From a virus: DNA of 16,604 bases. Where the stretch lies: IMG/VR virus record IMGVR_UViG_3300045988_181454, positions 1 through 16,604 of that record, one strand, 5' to 3'. The notes under the pieces are model-generated. The model did no database searches and had not been told where the DNA came from. It worked only from the letters and a program-made list of their open reading frames with translations. Both the position numbers and the translations under genes were made by a program. Positions within the stretch are counted from its first letter, which is position 1. Each line of letters opens with the position of its first letter. This document shows, piece by piece, positions 14,670 to 16,604 of the stretch.

Positions 14670-14686
14670 CATCACCTCCCCTCAGA

Positions 14687-15025
14687 CTACTCGCCCACAC
14701 TCAGCGTAGTGTACTCCCTACCAGCCCGCGACTGCGCCACACCAGGCGTCAGAGTCACACTCTCAGGCGCATCATCCGACGCAATGAGAGCACGCGCCAC
14801 CGCCAGCGGAATCGACGCACTGGACCGGTACCAGACGCCGCCCCTCGCCTGAAAATAGGCGGCGTCCCTGACCTCGCCATCATCACCGGTCACCTCACCG
14901 ATGACCGCCCTCACGCAGACGAAGGGATCTCCCTTCTGAGCCGCCTTGTACAGCGACTCGGCGTTGGTCAGAAGCGCGAGACGGTCCACGAAAGACATGG
15001 GCGCACCGTAGGTGTTGCTGGACAT
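14687..15025 (-). CDS. Hypothetical early protein, 112 aa (a replication accessory or ssDNA-binding role is possible from position only)
   Basis: The ATG is preceded by AAGGAG inside the end of the upstream gene. Codon usage is GC3-rich. I recognise no motif. Confidence 0.6.
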   Translation of the reverse strand: MSSNTYGAPMSFVDRLALLTNAESLYKAAQKGDPFVCVRAVIGEVTGDDGEVRDAAYFQARGGVWYRSSASIPLAVARALIASDDAPESVTLTPGVAQSRAGREYTTLSVGE

Positions 15026-15027
15026 GT

Positions 15028-15354
15028 TCAGTTCTCCTTCCGAGACTCGCGCCGGGACTCCCCCGGACGCGCGACCACGACGATATCACTGTACGCCGCC
15101 GTGACCATGATGCTAAGCGCATGATAGAAGATATCCTCCGCCATCATGCCGATAATGGCATCATCTTTAATGTAGTTGAAATGCTTCGTGGCCGGACATT
15201 CGAGACACATAGCCCCGGTCACAGTATTGATCACCATGATATGAGTCCACCCTCGAAAACGGAAAGCCATCCTGAACTTCCCCTTATTGCGCCCGTAAAC
15301 TGTGAACTTGACGCGATGCGAATCAAGACGCTTGTCATAGAAAATAGCAATCAT
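15028..15354 (-). CDS. Hypothetical early protein, 108 aa
   Basis: The ATG at 15354 forms an ATGA overlap with the upstream stop and is preceded by AGGAGAGGA. The longer ORF back to 15453 is unsupported. Confidence 0.6.
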   Translation of the reverse strand: MIAIFYDKRLDSHRVKFTVYGRNKGKFRMAFRFRGWTHIMVINTVTGAMCLECPATKHFNYIKDDAIIGMMAEDIFYHALSIMVTAAYSDIVVVARPGESRRESRKEN

Positions 15355-15605
15355 GACTGATCCTCTCCTATAAAGAATGGGAACGGCCTTGTGTGCGGAT
15401 AAATCTTCGGCGCCGACTGAAAATGCCACGCCAAATCCTCCCACTCGTCGCACACTACCAGCATCACATCCCTATGATTCGCCATACGAACCATCTTCAC
15501 CTTACCGTCGTCCACCCATACTCTCACCAGATACGTCCCGCCATACGGATCGGACACGTTGGCGTGACCGTGCTCGGCCACCTCCGCGATCACGTCATAT
15601 ATCAT
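15351..15605 (-). CDS. Hypothetical early protein, 84 aa
   Basis: The ATG at 15605 forms an ATGA overlap with the upstream stop. The ORF track begins at TTG 15611. I recognise no motif. Confidence 0.55.
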   Translation of the reverse strand: MIYDVIAEVAEHGHANVSDPYGGTYLVRVWVDDGKVKMVRMANHRDVMLVVCDEWEDLAWHFQSAPKIYPHTRPFPFFIGEDQS

Positions 15606-16060
15606 CGCCAATCCACCATGCCCTTTCCCGCGATGACGAAGTCAACGGCGGCCGAATGCGATCCCACGACGCTGAACGGACATGATTGGGAATTGTTCTG
15701 ATAAAGAGTCGCGGATGAGCCGCCCTTATAGAACCTACAAACCGAATGCTTCGAGTGATTCACAACCTCCCATCCACGATCCGCAACCCCACCCACAATC
15801 ATGCACGCAGAATCCGCCAGCGCCTCAGCCCGAACAAGCACCGTGATGAGATCAGCCGCCTCACCGCCGTCCTGAGTCACCACGATCTCAACGGGAGTGA
15901 GATTGTATCGAACGATCCATCCTGTCTCATCGCGAGTGACGGAGCCGTAAACGTTGAGCCCGTTATTGAAGTAATAGACATTCCCGGCCAATTCGAAACA
16001 ATTGGCCCCGAAGGTCTCACTCAAGATGAACTTAATCAAGGCATCACTGAAGGCGATCAT
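15602..16060 (-). CDS. Hypothetical early protein, 152 aa, first gene of the right early operon
   Basis: The ATG at 16060 is the mirror of the ATG at 545, with the same ITR-encoded RBS GAGAGGAA. The sequence diverges from the left gene after codon 2. I recognise no motif. Confidence 0.65.
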   Translation of the reverse strand: MIAFSDALIKFILSETFGANCFELAGNVYYFNNGLNVYGSVTRDETGWIVRYNLTPVEIVVTQDGGEAADLITVLVRAEALADSACMIVGGVADRGWEVVNHSKHSVCRFYKGGSSATLYQNNSQSCPFSVVGSHSAAVDFVIAGKGMVDWR

Positions 16061-16604
16061 TTTCTGTTCCTCTCTGTTCGGTTGGTCCGTCACCTCTGTG
16101 GTGATGACTTAATAATGGCGCCGACGACTGCCCATGTCAACCCAGTTTCGTGTGAGGCCGATCACCAACCGACCGGTCGGTTAATTTAGGGACAGTTTGT
16201 GACCGACGCCACGCTCGCTCGATCTTGACAGACCGTGATTGTGATGCGCGCCATTTAACCGATCGGTTAATTTGGGTGCGTGACCAACGCCACACAGGAT
16301 GCCCTTGACAGGCGCCCGCTGTAATGCGCCTCACGGAAATTAGTGTGACGTGGGCCACAAACACGGATCGGGCCGTCGCGAGACACAGCACCGGACCCAG
16401 CCGACTCAGACGGCCCTCAGACGCACTGTAAGGGCCCTAGAAACGATCGGCATAGGTGGGTGTGTGTCCACGCCTGGGCCGATTTTTTCGTCCGTTCTAG
16501 GTGGGTTACAGCGCGTTCTAGAGGGTGTGTGATGTAGATCATGTTACGGATGTTACTGGTGTGACTGATGGGGCAGTTGTAATGTGGTTGTGTATATATA
16601 CCCC
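16055..16604. repeat. Right inverted terminal repeat (ITR), 550 bp
   Basis: Exact reverse complement of 1..550. It ends ...GTATATATACCCC-3' at the last base of the window. Confidence 0.97.
16112..16140 (-). promoter_or_regulatory. Predicted right early promoter, the mirror of 465..493
   Basis: On the - strand, TTGACA lies at 16140..16135, followed by N17 and CATTAT at 16117..16112. It is identical to the left promoter because it lies within the ITR. Confidence 0.55.

Overview
The window is a complete linear dsDNA genome of 16,604 bp. It is bounded by perfect 550-bp inverted terminal repeats (1..550 is the reverse complement of 16055..16604) that begin 5'-GGGGTATATATAC. Gene content and order match a small phi29-like, protein-primed podophage with GC-rich codon usage, which suggests an actinobacterial-type host. 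I call 19 CDS. Two inward-facing early modules start from identical ITR-encoded promoter, RBS and ATG signals. The left module (+ strand) has two ORFans. The right module (- strand) has four small ORFans, a terminal-protein candidate, a family-B protein-primed DNA polymerase and a small ribbon-helix-helix regulator. A terminator and promoter junction at about 11733..11805 leads into a late operon on the - strand: scaffold, major capsid, tail knob, connector, lower collar, SGNH-esterase appendage, two-domain tail lysin, gp16-like packaging ATPase, holin and endolysin. That operon ends at a bidirectional terminator (1397..1433). I saw no integrase, tRNA or CRISPR. The most unusual parts are the long, repeat-dense ITRs (an 80-bp module with AACCGA/TCGGTT palindromes, short phased repeats, a G-poor terminus, and a boundary 6 nt inside both terminal ORFs), the regulatory junctions, and the ORFan early genes. 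All homology statements rest on motif recognition and my memory of phi29 proteins, not on computed alignments.
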